Shown piece by piece: positions 43,530-54,728 of a stretch of DNA of 64,000 nt. Positions within the stretch are counted from its first letter, which is position 1. Each line of letters starts with the position of its first letter. The stretch is from IMG/VR virus record IMGVR_UViG_2938983465_000007; one strand, 5' to 3'. The position numbers and the translations under genes are program-made. The DNA comes from an uncultured virus (IMG/VR IMGVR_UViG_2938983465_000007) (lineage: Duplodnaviria; Heunggongvirae; Uroviricota; Caudoviricetes). Below the pieces are notes generated by a model. That model worked only from the letters and a program-made list of their open reading frames with translations, was not told the origin of the DNA and made no database searches.

Positions 43530-44533
43530 GCTGGCCACCACACCGGATCCACAGACAGGAACCAGAGCCCCCAACGGTCCATATCCACGTAATAGGTCTT
43601 GCCATCCATCTGCACCGCCTCCGCCACCGAGGTTGCGGCCAGGGGCAGGCCGAGCCGATCCAGCAGGTGCCCATGCCGGTAGTGGCCCAGGATCGGGTCG
43701 AAACACACACCCTTCAGGAGGCCGACGTAGTTCGCGCCGTTCGCCACATAGGGCTGCTGCATACGCCAATAGGGCGGATTCTCTCCCTCTGGCCTGTCGT
43801 AGTACATGCTCTGGTACTGCATCTGGTCCATCAGCGCCCCCAGGGCGGCGCCGCCACCCTGGATGATCTCCCCCGAGCGCTGGTCACGCAGTGAACTGAA
43901 CCCACTCCCAAAGGACCGGTTGGTACTTCGGCTGGCTGAACTCTGATACCCCTGGGCGCCACCGACGGCGATGAATCCCTGGACGCCAGAGGCGCCACTA
44001 AAGCTCTCGTACTGCCCGACATAGAGGCCGAGGCTGTAGTCCTCGCTCGTATTCTCATAGCCCCTATCCGCCAGCATGCAAAAGACAAACGTCTCGGCAT
44101 CCGCGCAGATCTGCCAATAGGTGGCGTAGTTCCAGTACATGTAGCCCAGATAGAGGATATGGGCATCATTGCTGGTGGGGTTGGTATCCGCCGACCACGT
44201 ACGGGATCTCGTGTTGACCCCCTTTGGAAGCGGAGTGCTGATATCCAGCATTCCCTCATGTACAAATATCCCGACGAAGTCCCGATAGCTGCTACCGCTA
44301 CTACTTGGCAAGTGCTGGCAGAACGTGATCTGTGCACAGTTGGACGCCGGAGCCAAGGTGATGGCAGTGTCGAACTCGCTCACCACGGTCCACCCTGCCG
44401 GTGGCTTGTTGCCGTAGCCATCGACCAGCGCCGCGCGCAGGTAGCTCTTGAGCTTCTGGAACGGCGTCACCGCCGACGGGAAGAGCGCCGGCGGTGCGCC
44501 GGCGTCCCGATAGCTGTACTGTCGAGCGGTCAT
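43526..44533 (-). CDS. Tail-associated structural protein
   Basis: YSYRDAGAP, ALVDGYGNKPPAGW N-terminus; coupled ORF. Confidence 0.7.
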   Translation of the reverse strand: MTARQYSYRDAGAPPALFPSAVTPFQKLKSYLRAALVDGYGNKPPAGWTVVSEFDTAITLAPASNCAQITFCQHLPSSSGSSYRDFVGIFVHEGMLDISTPLPKGVNTRSRTWSADTNPTSNDAHILYLGYMYWNYATYWQICADAETFVFCMLADRGYENTSEDYSLGLYVGQYESFSGASGVQGFIAVGGAQGYQSSASRSTNRSFGSGFSSLRDQRSGEIIQGGGAALGALMDQMQYQSMYYDRPEGENPPYWRMQQPYVANGANYVGLLKGVCFDPILGHYRHGHLLDRLGLPLAATSVAEAVQMDGKTYYVDMDRWGLWFLSVDPVWWPA

Positions 44534-47500
44534 CAGTCCGCGTCTCCTCTGATCTGCAGGTGGAATTCATCGTCCTCGACGGTGCCCTTGCCGCTGAGTA
44601 CCGTCCGCACGATCCACATCGGCCCCAGACACGAGTCGGTGTTGAAGCGCACCGCGTTGCCGGCCGCCCAGCCACTGCCCCAGCCTTCCTTGCGGATGGT
44701 GAAGTACGGCGTGTTCGTCTCCGGGTTGATCGGCGCCGTGTCGGTGGTGGTAGTGCCGTTGGCGATGACCCCCAGCTTCTCCTCCACCACGCTGAAACTG
44801 GTCGAGGAGTTGAACACCAGCGCCCACTTCGCATCGATCGCACCGCGGTTGGCGATCAGCGGCGGATAGGCGAGGCTGTTGTAGTTGGCGGTGGTCCCGT
44901 CGCCCTTCGGCTCGTCGGTCCAGTTCGGCGAGCCGATATCCCAGGTCCGCTGGGTGAACCAGTGGTGCAGCCGCGCCTGCAGGTCGCCCCAGCTCAGCGC
45001 ACTGGACGCCAGCGTTTCGCCCGCCGGCAGATCCCAGGGCAGCGGCGAGGAGATTCCCAGCTCGCCGTTCACTTGGACCTCGGTGCAGAGGGTCATGTGC
45101 TCAACCCGGTCACGCACCACCAGCGGCAGGGTCAGCGGGTTGCCCTCGGCATCCTGCAGGACCAGCGGGTTGGCCCATGTCACCCGGCCGCGCTCCAGAT
45201 CGACGCTGTAGCCTGCCGAAGCCAGTTCCACCGCGTTGGCGTCCACCACCTTGATCTCGGCCTGCTGGTCGCGGCCGAGCTGCAGCACGCCGCCAGCTTG
45301 AGGACTCGGCACCGTGGTCTCGGCGGTATGGGCAACCACCATCACGTCACCCTCGCGGAACACTGGCACCCGCCCGTCCGCCGGCAGTCGCACCGGGTCC
45401 AGGCCCAGCAGGGTGGCGTCCAGCGGCAGCGAGGTGAAGACGACCGCGTTGTAGCGCAGCAGCAGCGGAATCACCGGGATATCGCTGGCCCCAGTGGTGT
45501 CCTCCAGATTGCTGGTGAAGCGCAGCCGGACGATGCCGGTCACGATATCGACGCTACCCTTGATCACCGCGCCATTGAGCTTACCGTTCGCGTCCGCCGT
45601 GGTGGTCACGATCTGCGCGGTATCCAGGCGAACCGCCGTCACCTGCAGGCTCGCAGAACGCAGCGGCGCCCCCGGCGTGCGGAAGGTCATGCTGGTGACG
45701 CTGAAGCCGGCGTTGGTGGTCAGGCAGGCCAGCAGCGTGACCGTCGGCGCCGCCCCCGAGCCATAGGTATTCAGCGTCGCGGTACGGCCGGCGTAGTCCA
45801 CCGAGCCGACGGCGATGCCGGCGTTGGTGCTGCTGTTGATGTTCTTGTAGAGCACACCGGAGCGATCGACGTAGACCTCGCCGGCCCAGGTGAACACCAG
45901 CGAGCCCGGCAGGATCGGCTCGGCAACGCCGGGCAAAAGGTCCAGGGTCACCGGCGCGACGGTCTGCGAATCGGTCTGCTCGCCGTACTCGACGCCGCGG
46001 CTCTGCGCGCGCACGCTCAGCGTGCCGCCGAACCCCTCCAGCAAAGTGGTATCGGTGGCCACCAGACGCAGCTTCTTCATGCCGAAGTTGTCGACCGTGT
46101 CGGTGTAGTAGGTGTACTCCTTGAACACGTAGTTGCCGGCCACCTTCAGGCTGAATTCGCCGGTCTCGTAGTTGATCGTCCCGGCGCGCCCGGCCCAGCC
46201 GCCGGCGGCGTCGTCGGTCACCGAGTTGTCCACGGTGATCTCCGATTCGAAGATCGGCAGCGCCCCGGTGCCCATGTCAGCACCGAGGGTCGGTGCCGCC
46301 TGGCGACGCTTGGTGATCCACGATAGGCGCACGCTGCCCGCCTTGAGCGGCGCCCCGGGGAGAGTGCCGATGCACATGCCGGTGCTGTCGGAGGTCACCG
46401 CCAGCGGGCTGTCGGTCACGCTGCCCTGATGGTAGGTATGCACGATCCCACTCCCGGCATCCGGGGTGGCGCTCAATTCCATGCTGACCTTGCCGTCGGC
46501 ATAGTTGATCTGGCCGCTGCCACCGGTACCGCTGAGCGAGCCGTTGCCGCTATCGAGCACGGTGCGCTCTACCCCGCCGACCTTGAACGTCGCCTTGTAG
46601 GAGCCGGGCAACAGCCCCTGGTGCGGCAACGTCCGGTTGATCCGCGCGCGCGCCTGCACGCTGGTGCCGGTGCGCTGGGTCAGCGCCGCATCGTTCTGCC
46701 CGACGTAGGCGTAGATCAGCGAACTCCCCACGTCCGGCAGCGCGCTCAGGGTGATGGATACCGAGCCGGTCGCGAAGTCCACCGTGCCGGTGCCTTCCCC
46801 GGCCAATTCGCCGTTGCCCTGGTCGCGGATCTCCTGCCATTTGCCCAGGGCGAGGAACGAGACCACCAGGGTGCCCGGCTGGGGCGGCGCTTCGGACAGC
46901 GACAGGGTGTAAACGAAGCCGCGGTTGCCCAGTTCGATAGGGATCTCCCCGGTCACCGCTTCGCCCGTCGCCGCCGCGGCAGGCTGGTAGGTGGCGCTCG
47001 CTGTCCCGCTCCAGCCGCTGCCGGAGGCCGCCATCTCGATTGCGCCGCTCTCGTAGTCGACGGTACCGCTGGCAATCCAGTTCGAACCGCTGATGTAGCG
47101 CAGGCCTCCCTTGCGGTCGTCGGCGAACACACCGCCGCCGGCGCTCAGCGACAGCGAACCCGGCGCGCAGCCGGTGCCGAGGAACGTCCGCGACCTGCCG
47201 CTGCCTATGTTCGCGACATTCAGGTTGACCGTCCGCGCCGGCCCGGCCGCAGCGAACAGGCGCCGCTGGTAGCCGGCCAGTTGGTCGACCAGCGCGTTTT
47301 CCCGGGTGGTACTGGGCACCAGTTGGGAATAGACCGACTTGACCCGCAGGCTCAGCGCGCCGCGGCTGACAGCCTCGGCCAGGGGGCTGATGCCGTAGTA
47401 CCGCGCGGCATCGGCGACCTGGGTGCTGAGCACCTGGCTTTTCGGGCTGGTGGTGCCGCCTGGCGTCACCTGGCCGCCGGGGAAGGTCGCGCCCAGCGGC

Positions 47501-48084
47501 GCGCTGATCGACAGGTCCAGCCGGCGCCGGGTGAAGTTCACGAAGTTGCCGTTGCCGTAGTCGTGGGCGAACTGTTCCAGCCGCGCCTCGACGTCGGTGA
47601 TGCGGACATACTGCGAGCGCGACTCGAACACCAGCTGATAGACCTCGCCGATCTCGGGCAGCCGCTGTTCTTCGCGCTGCACGCAAGCGATGGCGCGCTG
47701 GCCCTGCAACTGGTTGCCCAGCAGTTCGAACGAGGCAGACACGGCCGGCACCACGAAGGACTCGATGGCGTTGCGCGCGTCGCGGCGCTCATCGGTCTGG
47801 CTGCCGGTGTTGAACAGCAGCACCGAGACACGCGGATCGGCCGGCGCCCGCGTGACGATGGCATGAGCGCCCAGGTACGGCTCGGCGCTGTTCGAGCTGA
47901 TGCCGGCGAAGGCCTTGCGCAGGTTGATCCGGCCGATGGTCCGGTCCAGGCGCGAGATATCGGGAAACAGGTTGTTGATCTCGCGATCCACCACGGCCTG
48001 CCCGGTGGCACGGCCGCCGCCGTCGTCCTCATCGGTGAGGCGCTGGGATTTCAGCAGCTTTACATCATCGACGGTGATCGTCAT
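44533..48084 (-). CDS. Large tail-tip protein
   Basis: 1183 aa, repeated GTVDY/GTINY beta motifs, after the tape measure gene. Confidence 0.8.
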   Translation of the reverse strand: MTITVDDVKLLKSQRLTDEDDGGGRATGQAVVDREINNLFPDISRLDRTIGRINLRKAFAGISSNSAEPYLGAHAIVTRAPADPRVSVLLFNTGSQTDERRDARNAIESFVVPAVSASFELLGNQLQGQRAIACVQREEQRLPEIGEVYQLVFESRSQYVRITDVEARLEQFAHDYGNGNFVNFTRRRLDLSISAPLGATFPGGQVTPGGTTSPKSQVLSTQVADAARYYGISPLAEAVSRGALSLRVKSVYSQLVPSTTRENALVDQLAGYQRRLFAAAGPARTVNLNVANIGSGRSRTFLGTGCAPGSLSLSAGGGVFADDRKGGLRYISGSNWIASGTVDYESGAIEMAASGSGWSGTASATYQPAAAATGEAVTGEIPIELGNRGFVYTLSLSEAPPQPGTLVVSFLALGKWQEIRDQGNGELAGEGTGTVDFATGSVSITLSALPDVGSSLIYAYVGQNDAALTQRTGTSVQARARINRTLPHQGLLPGSYKATFKVGGVERTVLDSGNGSLSGTGGSGQINYADGKVSMELSATPDAGSGIVHTYHQGSVTDSPLAVTSDSTGMCIGTLPGAPLKAGSVRLSWITKRRQAAPTLGADMGTGALPIFESEITVDNSVTDDAAGGWAGRAGTINYETGEFSLKVAGNYVFKEYTYYTDTVDNFGMKKLRLVATDTTLLEGFGGTLSVRAQSRGVEYGEQTDSQTVAPVTLDLLPGVAEPILPGSLVFTWAGEVYVDRSGVLYKNINSSTNAGIAVGSVDYAGRTATLNTYGSGAAPTVTLLACLTTNAGFSVTSMTFRTPGAPLRSASLQVTAVRLDTAQIVTTTADANGKLNGAVIKGSVDIVTGIVRLRFTSNLEDTTGASDIPVIPLLLRYNAVVFTSLPLDATLLGLDPVRLPADGRVPVFREGDVMVVAHTAETTVPSPQAGGVLQLGRDQQAEIKVVDANAVELASAGYSVDLERGRVTWANPLVLQDAEGNPLTLPLVVRDRVEHMTLCTEVQVNGELGISSPLPWDLPAGETLASSALSWGDLQARLHHWFTQRTWDIGSPNWTDEPKGDGTTANYNSLAYPPLIANRGAIDAKWALVFNSSTSFSVVEEKLGVIANGTTTTDTAPINPETNTPYFTIRKEGWGSGWAAGNAVRFNTDSCLGPMWIVRTVLSGKGTVEDDEFHLQIRGDAD

Positions 48085-48100
48085 GGAACACTCCAGCCAG

Positions 48101-48126
48101 AAAAGAAAACCCCGCCGAGGCGGGGT
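48101..48126 (-). terminator. Rho-independent terminator
   Basis: ACCCCGCC-TC-GGCGGGG followed by TTTTCTTTT on the minus strand. Confidence 0.7.
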
Positions 48127-48132
48127 GTGGGA

Positions 48133-48543
48133 TCAAGGGTCGGGGGTGGGCGGTGCCGAGGGCGGCGCTACGGTGAGCAGTCGCAACGTCACCAGGTAGT
48201 CGGCGTCCGGACCGGGGTTGACCTCGCGGAACAGCGGTTCGGCTTCCAGCGGCGCCCCGTCGGCGCGGTTGAAGATCACCGAGAATTCGCGGCCGTCTGG
48301 CAGCACTAGCGGCATGACCCGCAGGCGCTGGTCGCGCAGCACCTCCAACTGCCGCACGACCCACAGCGGCGTCCATACCCCTCCCCCGGAACGCAGTGTG
48401 ATCGGGCGTCCATGCAGCTTGGTGCCTTCCTGCACCAACAGCGCGCCGGTCAGGGAGCGTTCCTGCTCTTGTGCCACCGCATCCCAGGTGAACTCGTCCA
48501 CCCATTCGAACTGGTCGCCCAGTTCCACCGCATCGAGCCTCAT
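48133..48543 (-). CDS. Distal tail / minor tail protein
   Basis: WVDEFTW, SLTGALLVQ, GRPITL; follows the tape measure gene. Confidence 0.7.
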   Translation of the reverse strand: MRLDAVELGDQFEWVDEFTWDAVAQEQERSLTGALLVQEGTKLHGRPITLRSGGGVWTPLWVVRQLEVLRDQRLRVMPLVLPDGREFSVIFNRADGAPLEAEPLFREVNPGPDADYLVTLRLLTVAPPSAPPTPDP

Positions 48544-51500
48544 CGGCCGGTCCTCATGCTGGCCTGCTCGAGCACGCCGAGCAGGTTGGTTTCGTCCTGT
48601 TCGCTGGCCACCGCCACGTCAACGGCTCCCCGCGCCGTCTCGAAACGAACGACCCGGGGCGGAGGACTCGAAGCCGGCGGCGAGGCAGGCGGCGCCGCCG
48701 CGGCCTTGGCGGCGTTCTGCTCGTCCACCCGCTTCTGCTGCTCCTCCCGCTGCCGCTTGGCGTCCGTCTCGGCCTGGATCTGCTGCAGGGTGGCCAGCGC
48801 CGTCATCAGGTTCTGTACCGCGTTCATGTCGCCGCTGCCCTGGGCCTCGGCCAGTTGCTGCTGCAACTCAGCCTTACGGCTGTTGAACCGGCTGCGATCC
48901 ACGGCCTCCTGCTCGCCACGCAGCCCCGCCAGTTCCTCGCGCAGGCTGACCAGCGTCGACTTCGAGCCTTCCTTGAGCTGCTGGATCTTCTGATTGGCCG
49001 CCTCGATTGCGCTCTCCAGTTGCCGCATGTCCGAATCGTTCAGCAGGCTGAGGCCATTTCGAGCTCCCTTGGCCGCCGACACGAAGTCGCCCAGCTTCAT
49101 GGTCCCGCGCTCGTAGTCGTCCATCAGGCTCTGCAGGCTGCGCTTCTGCTCCAGGTACGCAGCCTGGATCTCCAGGCTGGCCCGCTGGGTATCCATCGCC
49201 CAGCGCCCGAAACCGCTCATGCCCACGCCCGACTCGGCCTTGATCCGGGCCAGTTGCTCGCTGACCTTGGCCAGCGAGCGCGACGTGGCGTCCAGGCTGC
49301 TGGTGTCGATGCTGAGATCGACGGTGGAGATCCCACGCATCGCGTCGAAGGCGTTCAGCGCTTCCTGGCTCAACTGCGCGACGCCCTGCCGCGCGGTGCT
49401 CAACACCCCACCGAAGAACCCTTCGAAGGCGCCCATGTCGTCCTTCGTCGACGCTACTCCCTTGCGGGTCGCCTCCATCGATTCGCCAATGGCCTTGCGC
49501 TGGTCCGAGAGCGATTTGGCCGCCTTGTCCGAGGACTCCGCGACCGCCTGCATACCCTTGGCGCCCTCCTCGCCGGCCGCCTTCAGTTCCTTGATCTTGG
49601 CGGACAGCTTGGTCTGTTCCTGGTTGAACTCCCGCGCGCTGATCGTGCCGTCGTTGTACAGCCGGCCCAGCGCCGTCCGGATGTTCTGGATATCGACCGT
49701 GGTCTTCGCGCTGCTGATCGCGTCCTGGACCTGCTTCAAGTTCTCCAGGCCGGTACTGAGGTCAGACACCCCCAGGGCGGCGCCGCTGGCGGTCGACTTC
49801 AGTTCGGTCAGCTTCGCGTTGAGGACACCGGCGCCGTTCGCATACTCCTGCTGGCTCAGCGTGCCAGCCTGGTAGGCCTTGAGCATTTCCCCCTGCAGGG
49901 CGGTTAGTTGCTCGGTGGTCTTGACCGCGCTGATCTGGTCCAGGGCATTCTGCAGGCTGGTCACCGCCTGCACCGACTCGGCGGCCGCGCTCTTCGCACC
50001 GGCCTTCAGGTCGGTGAAGGTGTCGGTGATCGCCTGGCTCTGCTGCTGTGCGGCGGAGGCGGTGGCCGTGGTGCTGGTGTCCCAGGCATCCGCGATATCC
50101 TGCGCGTCCTGCTGGATCTGCTGGCGAAAACCCTCGCTCATGCTGCTGAGCAGGTCGTGGATGCCGGCGACGGAACTGCGGATGCGCTCCCCACCCAGCG
50201 CCGCCGGGATCTTCTCCGCCACCTTCTCGATGCCGGCGACCATCAGCGACATGGTGCCGGTCCAGGCCAGGGCGATAGCGCTGATGCCCGAGGTGACGCC
50301 GTTGAACAACGTCCGGAACGGCGCGATGAACAGTTGCACCCGCGAGGCCATGTCGTCCAGCTGGGTGCTGAAGCTGCTAAGCCAGGCCGAGGTCTTGTCG
50401 ATCAGGGTGCCGAAATCGACGTCGGCCAGGCGCTTGATGAAGCGCTCGACCCATTCCGAGCCCTGGACGAAGGCATCCGACAGCCCCTTGGCCAGCGTGT
50501 CGAGGCGCCCGTCCTGGTCCATCTGCGCGATGGTATCGCCCAGTTCCTTCAGCTTGTTCTTGACGTGGTCCAGCGCGCCAGCGTTGGCAATACGGTTGAG
50601 AAAGTCGGCCGCAGTGTCGCCGAGGTTGCTGACCAGACCGGTCAGGGTGCTCATGGCCTTCGCAGCGGCCCCTTCGGAGCTGCGCCCCATTTCGTCGACC
50701 AGCGCCTTGATGACGTCCCGGCCAAGCTTGCCCTTGCTCGCCAGATCCTGCAGCTGCGCGGCATTCTTGCCGGTGACCTTGGCCAGCATGTCCCACACCG
50801 GCACTCCACGCTCGACCAGTTGCAGGATCTCCTCGGTCTGCAGCTTCTGCTTCGCCCAGGCCTGGCCGACTGCCGTCGTGATGCCCTCCAGGCGCTCCAT
50901 GCCGCCGCCCAGCTTCTCCGACTGGTCCTCGATCGCTTTCAGCGACCCATCCATCGGGTCCAGGCCGTAGGCCTTCAGCAGCGCGAAGGCGTCGGTGACG
51001 TCGCCCAACTGAAGCGGCGTGTCCTTGGCAAAGGTCTTGATCCAGGCGGTTGCCCGCTCCCCCTCGGCAACCGAGCCCATCAGCGACGTAAGCCGGTTCT
51101 GCAGGTTCTCGAACTGGTCGCCGGTGGTCAGCATCGAGACGATGCCATCACGCACCAGGCCGATTCCTCTGCGCACCAGGTTCAGCGCCGCCTGGATGCC
51201 GACGAAGGCTGCGGCGTAAGCGGCTGCCTGGCGAACGCCGGACGACATGGCCTCGCGCAGCGCCGTCACGCGCGAGGTGTGGCCAGCCGCCTCCCGCGCC
51301 GCTCGCATCTGCGCACGTTCCAGCTCGCGGATCTCGCGGCTGTTCTGCGCGATGCTCTCGCGGGTGTTGTCGACCACCGACGCCAGCCGCCGCTCCTCGT
51401 TGGCAAGCTGCCCGGTATCCACGCCCGCCGCCCGCGCCGCACGTTGCTGCTCAGCGTGCCGAGCGGTCAGTTGGTCAAGGGTCCGACGCAGACCCGCTGC

Positions 51501-51812
51501 GTCCCGCTCCGCGATCTGCAGGGACACGGCCAGACCCCGGCTCCCGGGGTTGCGGTCCAACGCCTCGCGCAGGTCCGCAATGGTACGGTCCACCCGCTGC
51601 ACCGACGTCTGCGTCTGTGCGATGGCGCGTTCGGTAGTTCCGAGCGCGGTCACCAGGCCGCGGGCCCCCTTCGCATCGTCCAACTGCCGGTTCAGGTTCG
51701 CCGCTGTGGTGCGCAGCCCTTCCAGCGCCTCGGTCGACTGCTGGGCGGCGGGCGACAGTTCGTCCCGGCCGCGAAGAACGAACTGGATCAGGCGCTGCAT
51801 TGGGTTCGCCAT
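48540..51812 (-). CDS. Tape measure protein
   Basis: 1090 aa helical sequence, FAKDTPL...[23 protein letters not shown] tape-measure domain. Confidence 0.92.
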   Translation of the reverse strand: MANPMQRLIQFVLRGRDELSPAAQQSTEALEGLRTTAANLNRQLDDAKGARGLVTALGTTERAIAQTQTSVQRVDRTIADLREALDRNPGSRGLAVSLQIAERDAAGLRRTLDQLTARHAEQQRAARAAGVDTGQLANEERRLASVVDNTRESIAQNSREIRELERAQMRAAREAAGHTSRVTALREAMSSGVRQAAAYAAAFVGIQAALNLVRRGIGLVRDGIVSMLTTGDQFENLQNRLTSLMGSVAEGERATAWIKTFAKDTPLQLGDVTDAFALLKAYGLDPMDGSLKAIEDQSEKLGGGMERLEGITTAVGQAWAKQKLQTEEILQLVERGVPVWDMLAKVTGKNAAQLQDLASKGKLGRDVIKALVDEMGRSSEGAAAKAMSTLTGLVSNLGDTAADFLNRIANAGALDHVKNKLKELGDTIAQMDQDGRLDTLAKGLSDAFVQGSEWVERFIKRLADVDFGTLIDKTSAWLSSFSTQLDDMASRVQLFIAPFRTLFNGVTSGISAIALAWTGTMSLMVAGIEKVAEKIPAALGGERIRSSVAGIHDLLSSMSEGFRQQIQQDAQDIADAWDTSTTATASAAQQQSQAITDTFTDLKAGAKSAAAESVQAVTSLQNALDQISAVKTTEQLTALQGEMLKAYQAGTLSQQEYANGAGVLNAKLTELKSTASGAALGVSDLSTGLENLKQVQDAISSAKTTVDIQNIRTALGRLYNDGTISAREFNQEQTKLSAKIKELKAAGEEGAKGMQAVAESSDKAAKSLSDQRKAIGESMEATRKGVASTKDDMGAFEGFFGGVLSTARQGVAQLSQEALNAFDAMRGISTVDLSIDTSSLDATSRSLAKVSEQLARIKAESGVGMSGFGRWAMDTQRASLEIQAAYLEQKRSLQSLMDDYERGTMKLGDFVSAAKGARNGLSLLNDSDMRQLESAIEAANQKIQQLKEGSKSTLVSLREELAGLRGEQEAVDRSRFNSRKAELQQQLAEAQGSGDMNAVQNLMTALATLQQIQAETDAKRQREEQQKRVDEQNAAKAAAAPPASPPASSPPPRVVRFETARGAVDVAVASEQDETNLLGVLEQASMRTGR

Positions 51813-51826
51813 GGCAATCCTCTGGC

Positions 51827-51853
51827 AAAAAAAAGCCCGCCAAAAGGCGGGCT
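51827..51853 (-). terminator. Rho-independent terminator
   Basis: AGCCCGCC-TTTT-GGCGGGC followed by T8. Confidence 0.8.
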
Positions 51854-51883
51854 GTGGTCATGGGGCCATCCCTGGCACGGCGG

Positions 51884-52636
51884 TCAGGCCGCCTGCGCGA
51901 GATCCATCTGGCAGAACTTGGAAATGTCGGTCGCAGTCACGCGCGAATCTGCGAGCAGTTCCGCCGGGCCGGTGAGCTTGGCGTATTCCTGGCCCAGCAC
52001 CGCCAGCTCCTGCAGGAGGCCGAACTTGACGCGGCGAGGGCGCAGCGCGAACGGCTCGCCCGACTGCGCGTCGTTCAGGCCAGCGATGAACAGCTCCAGC
52101 TCCTTCTGCGAGCCGTTGAGCATATGCACCGCCCGGCTCGGGCGCGGCGTGTAGCTGACCTTGATGCCGGTGGCATCGATCTTGCCGCCACTCAGCACCT
52201 GGATGCCGTGGGGTACCAGCAGGTAGTCGGTGCCCGGGGCCACCTCGACGTCCCCCGCAGTCTTCACCGTCACGGGCTTGGCCAGGTCCGGCAGGTACTT
52301 GAACGGGATCAACTCCAGCGCAACCCCCTGAGAGGTATGCGCCTCGTCGGTGATCGCGGCGGTGGGCGCCACCTGGATGGTGGAGCGCGTCACCAGGGCG
52401 ACATTCTCGGCGGTCAGGTCGAACATTCCGATGGAGGACGTCACGTCGGTGACGCGCTCGCGGACGTTGCTGTTGCCGCCGCCTCCCATGTAGTTGGGCA
52501 GCGTCTTGCGGTCGGTGGCGAAGCTGATGTTGAAGGTGTCGCAGTTGCCGAGCGGCAGGAACGGTTCCTGCGACCCGTACAGGCGGGCATGGATGATGCC
52601 CTCGCCGATGAACGAGCGGTCGATGGTCTGGAGCAT
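51884..52636 (-). CDS. Major tail (tube) protein
   Basis: 250 aa, FIGEG...LGNC N-terminus; position upstream of the tape measure gene. Confidence 0.75.
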   Translation of the reverse strand: MLQTIDRSFIGEGIIHARLYGSQEPFLPLGNCDTFNISFATDRKTLPNYMGGGGNSNVRERVTDVTSSIGMFDLTAENVALVTRSTIQVAPTAAITDEAHTSQGVALELIPFKYLPDLAKPVTVKTAGDVEVAPGTDYLLVPHGIQVLSGGKIDATGIKVSYTPRPSRAVHMLNGSQKELELFIAGLNDAQSGEPFALRPRRVKFGLLQELAVLGQEYAKLTGPAELLADSRVTATDISKFCQMDLAQAA

Positions 52637-52663
52637 GGGGCTCTCCTGATGGGTTCGGGTGGG

Positions 52664-52864
52664 TTACTTCTGGTCGCCGCCGGTCGGCTCGGCGGTGGCT
52701 GCCGGAATCGGCGTCTTGGCCTTGGCCTCGGTGGCGTAGCCCTTGCCCAGGGCATGGGCAGCTACGGCGGCGGTAACGCTGATGGCGCCCTTCGACGCCG
52801 GGTAGTGGGTCGCGTCGAGCCCCTCGCGGTAGTTGAACGGCCTGGTAACGATGATCTCGGGCAT
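52664..52864 (-). CDS. Small virion-associated hypothetical protein
   Basis: 66 aa ORF with GAGG RBS. Confidence 0.6.
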   Translation of the reverse strand: MPEIIVTRPFNYREGLDATHYPASKGAISVTAAVAAHALGKGYATEAKAKTPIPAATAEPTGGDQK

Positions 52865-52914
52865 GGAGCCCTCCGGAAATGTAGAGGCCGCCCGGAGGCG
52901 GCCTGGTGGATGGG

Positions 52915-53352
52915 TTACAACTGCTGCGAGTAGCTGACCTGCAGAGGGATGGCTCGATAGGCCCAGCGCCGGCCGGGCTCGGGCAGGCGCACAGCGGATG
53001 CCGGAAAATCGACACGCACCAGGCCGGGCACCGTCAGCCCGGCCTTGTGGCCCTTGAGCACCCGCTTGATCGCCAGGCGCGCCTCGCGCAACGCCTGGAC
53101 AGCGTCCCTGCCGCGCGCCATCGGGACGATGTTCACGGTCCACTCCTCCACGACACTGCCCGGCGACCGGTCTCGTTCCACGGTGTCCCCTTCCTGCAGG
53201 ATGATCAGCCGTTCGGGCTCGTCGCTGTCCTCGGCGTCGAGCACCCCGGCCACCCAGTCCTCACGGACGGCGTCGCCGAACGCCGGTACCGCGGCCAGCA
53301 GGTCCAGCAGTTGGCCGATGACCGCGGTCTGTACATCGATCACGTCGCTCAT
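52915..53352 (-). CDS. Tail terminator-like protein
   Basis: Size and position in the head-tail block. Confidence 0.6.
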   Translation of the reverse strand: MSDVIDVQTAVIGQLLDLLAAVPAFGDAVREDWVAGVLDAEDSDEPERLIILQEGDTVERDRSPGSVVEEWTVNIVPMARGRDAVQALREARLAIKRVLKGHKAGLTVPGLVRVDFPASAVRLPEPGRRWAYRAIPLQVSYSQQL

Positions 53353-53660
53353 TCGGGCACCACGTAGAAAGTGATCCAGTCGCCGTCGTCGGCATGGATG
53401 CCGTCGATGCGCCAGACCTGGCCATCGGAATCGAGGAACGCCCCCTTTCGATCAAGGGGCTGCAACACGGCCTTGCGGCACGCAATGGTCCGGTACCGAT
53501 CCAGGGCGCCGGCCTCCATGCGCTCAACACCTTCCTCAACGATCACCGCAGCATTGCCGACCTGCCGGCCAGAGCGGTCCAGGTAGCCAAACTCACCATC
53601 GCCGAGGACGTCGGCGATGATCTCGTCCATGTCGGCGACCAGTTCAGAGAAACCCGCCAC
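53349..53660 (-). CDS. Head-tail joining protein
   Basis: Follows the capsid gene; beta-rich with WRIDGIHADDG. Confidence 0.65.
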   Translation of the reverse strand: MAGFSELVADMDEIIADVLGDGEFGYLDRSGRQVGNAAVIVEEGVERMEAGALDRYRTIACRKAVLQPLDRKGAFLDSDGQVWRIDGIHADDGDWITFYVVPE

Positions 53661-53662
53661 GG

Positions 53663-54661
53663 TCAGAGGGTCAGTTCGCGCACCGCCAACGGGCGGGTGC
53701 ACAGGTGCAGCGGGTTCGATTGCGCTTCCCCAGCCACGCCTTTGTCGAAGGGCAGACGCTCAAGCTTGGCGTAGTACGGCAGGCCTTCGGTGTTGACGAC
53801 CTCCATGTAGTCCGCCGGCGCAAAGGCGCTGATGAACAGGTCCGGAACCCCCTCCGGGACCAGTTGGGCACTGCCATCGTCCACGAACGGCTCCCCGTCA
53901 TGCTTGCCGCGATAGCGCTCCCAGACCACGCCGCCGAACTCGAACGACTGGCGACGGTCACCCCGCAGTTGCGCCGCCTGCAGGGTGTTCAGGTAAGTGC
54001 CGCGCACTTTGGGGTGATCAATGAGCTTGGCCCAGAAGTTCTTGCCACAGAACGCTCGCGAACCGGTGCTGGTGACGTTACCCAGCGCGTCGTCCTGCTC
54101 GTCGAGCAGGTCGGCAAGAATGCCGCTCAGGTCACCCTCGGGGTTACCCAGTTCGAGCGATCGCGGCTTGGGCTTCCTCAGTCCGAAGGCCTGGTAGATA
54201 TCCAGCAGCACCGTCGAACCGTCGGCATCGAGAATCTTGCCCTTGATGGCGCCGATGCGCTGATACTCGTGGGTCAGGTCCAACTGGCGGCGCGCTTTTT
54301 CCAGGCGCTTGGCCACGACCGCCTCGGCGGACTGCAGCTCGGTCCGGCTACCCACCGCACGGATGCCCTGGATTTCATCGGCCAGGATCTGGAACGTCTG
54401 CGGCAGGTGAACGGTGTTGAAGGGGACCAGTTGACGCTTGTCACCGGTCACGACCTGGCCTACGCCGCCGCGGGCTTTCGCCTCCACCAGTTGCAGCGTG
54501 GTGCCGTCCTTTTCGATCTGCACCACCAGCGAGGACACACCCTGTTCCTCGAACAGGCCCAGCGCGGCGAGTTGCCCCGGCACCGGGTGATCGGTGTTGA
54601 TCACCGCCAGCAGCGCCTCCACCGAGAACGCCTCATCTTCGAAAATGCTGATTTCAGCCAT
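53663..54661 (-). CDS. Major capsid protein (lambda gpE-like)
   Basis: LGLFEEQG, TH EYQRIGAIKG region, FAPADY, EAQSNPLHLCTRP. Confidence 0.9.
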   Translation of the reverse strand: MAEISIFEDEAFSVEALLAVINTDHPVPGQLAALGLFEEQGVSSLVVQIEKDGTTLQLVEAKARGGVGQVVTGDKRQLVPFNTVHLPQTFQILADEIQGIRAVGSRTELQSAEAVVAKRLEKARRQLDLTHEYQRIGAIKGKILDADGSTVLLDIYQAFGLRKPKPRSLELGNPEGDLSGILADLLDEQDDALGNVTSTGSRAFCGKNFWAKLIDHPKVRGTYLNTLQAAQLRGDRRQSFEFGGVVWERYRGKHDGEPFVDDGSAQLVPEGVPDLFISAFAPADYMEVVNTEGLPYYAKLERLPFDKGVAGEAQSNPLHLCTRPLAVRELTL

Positions 54662-54679
54662 GTGAATACTCCAGAAATG

Positions 54680-54700
54680 AAAAACCCCGCGCAGGCGGGG
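54680..54700 (-). terminator. Terminator-like hairpin
   Basis: CCCCGC-CTGC-GCGGGG followed by T5. Confidence 0.55.
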
Positions 54701-54728
54701 CTTGAGGTGGTTGAGGGACGGAGGAGGA

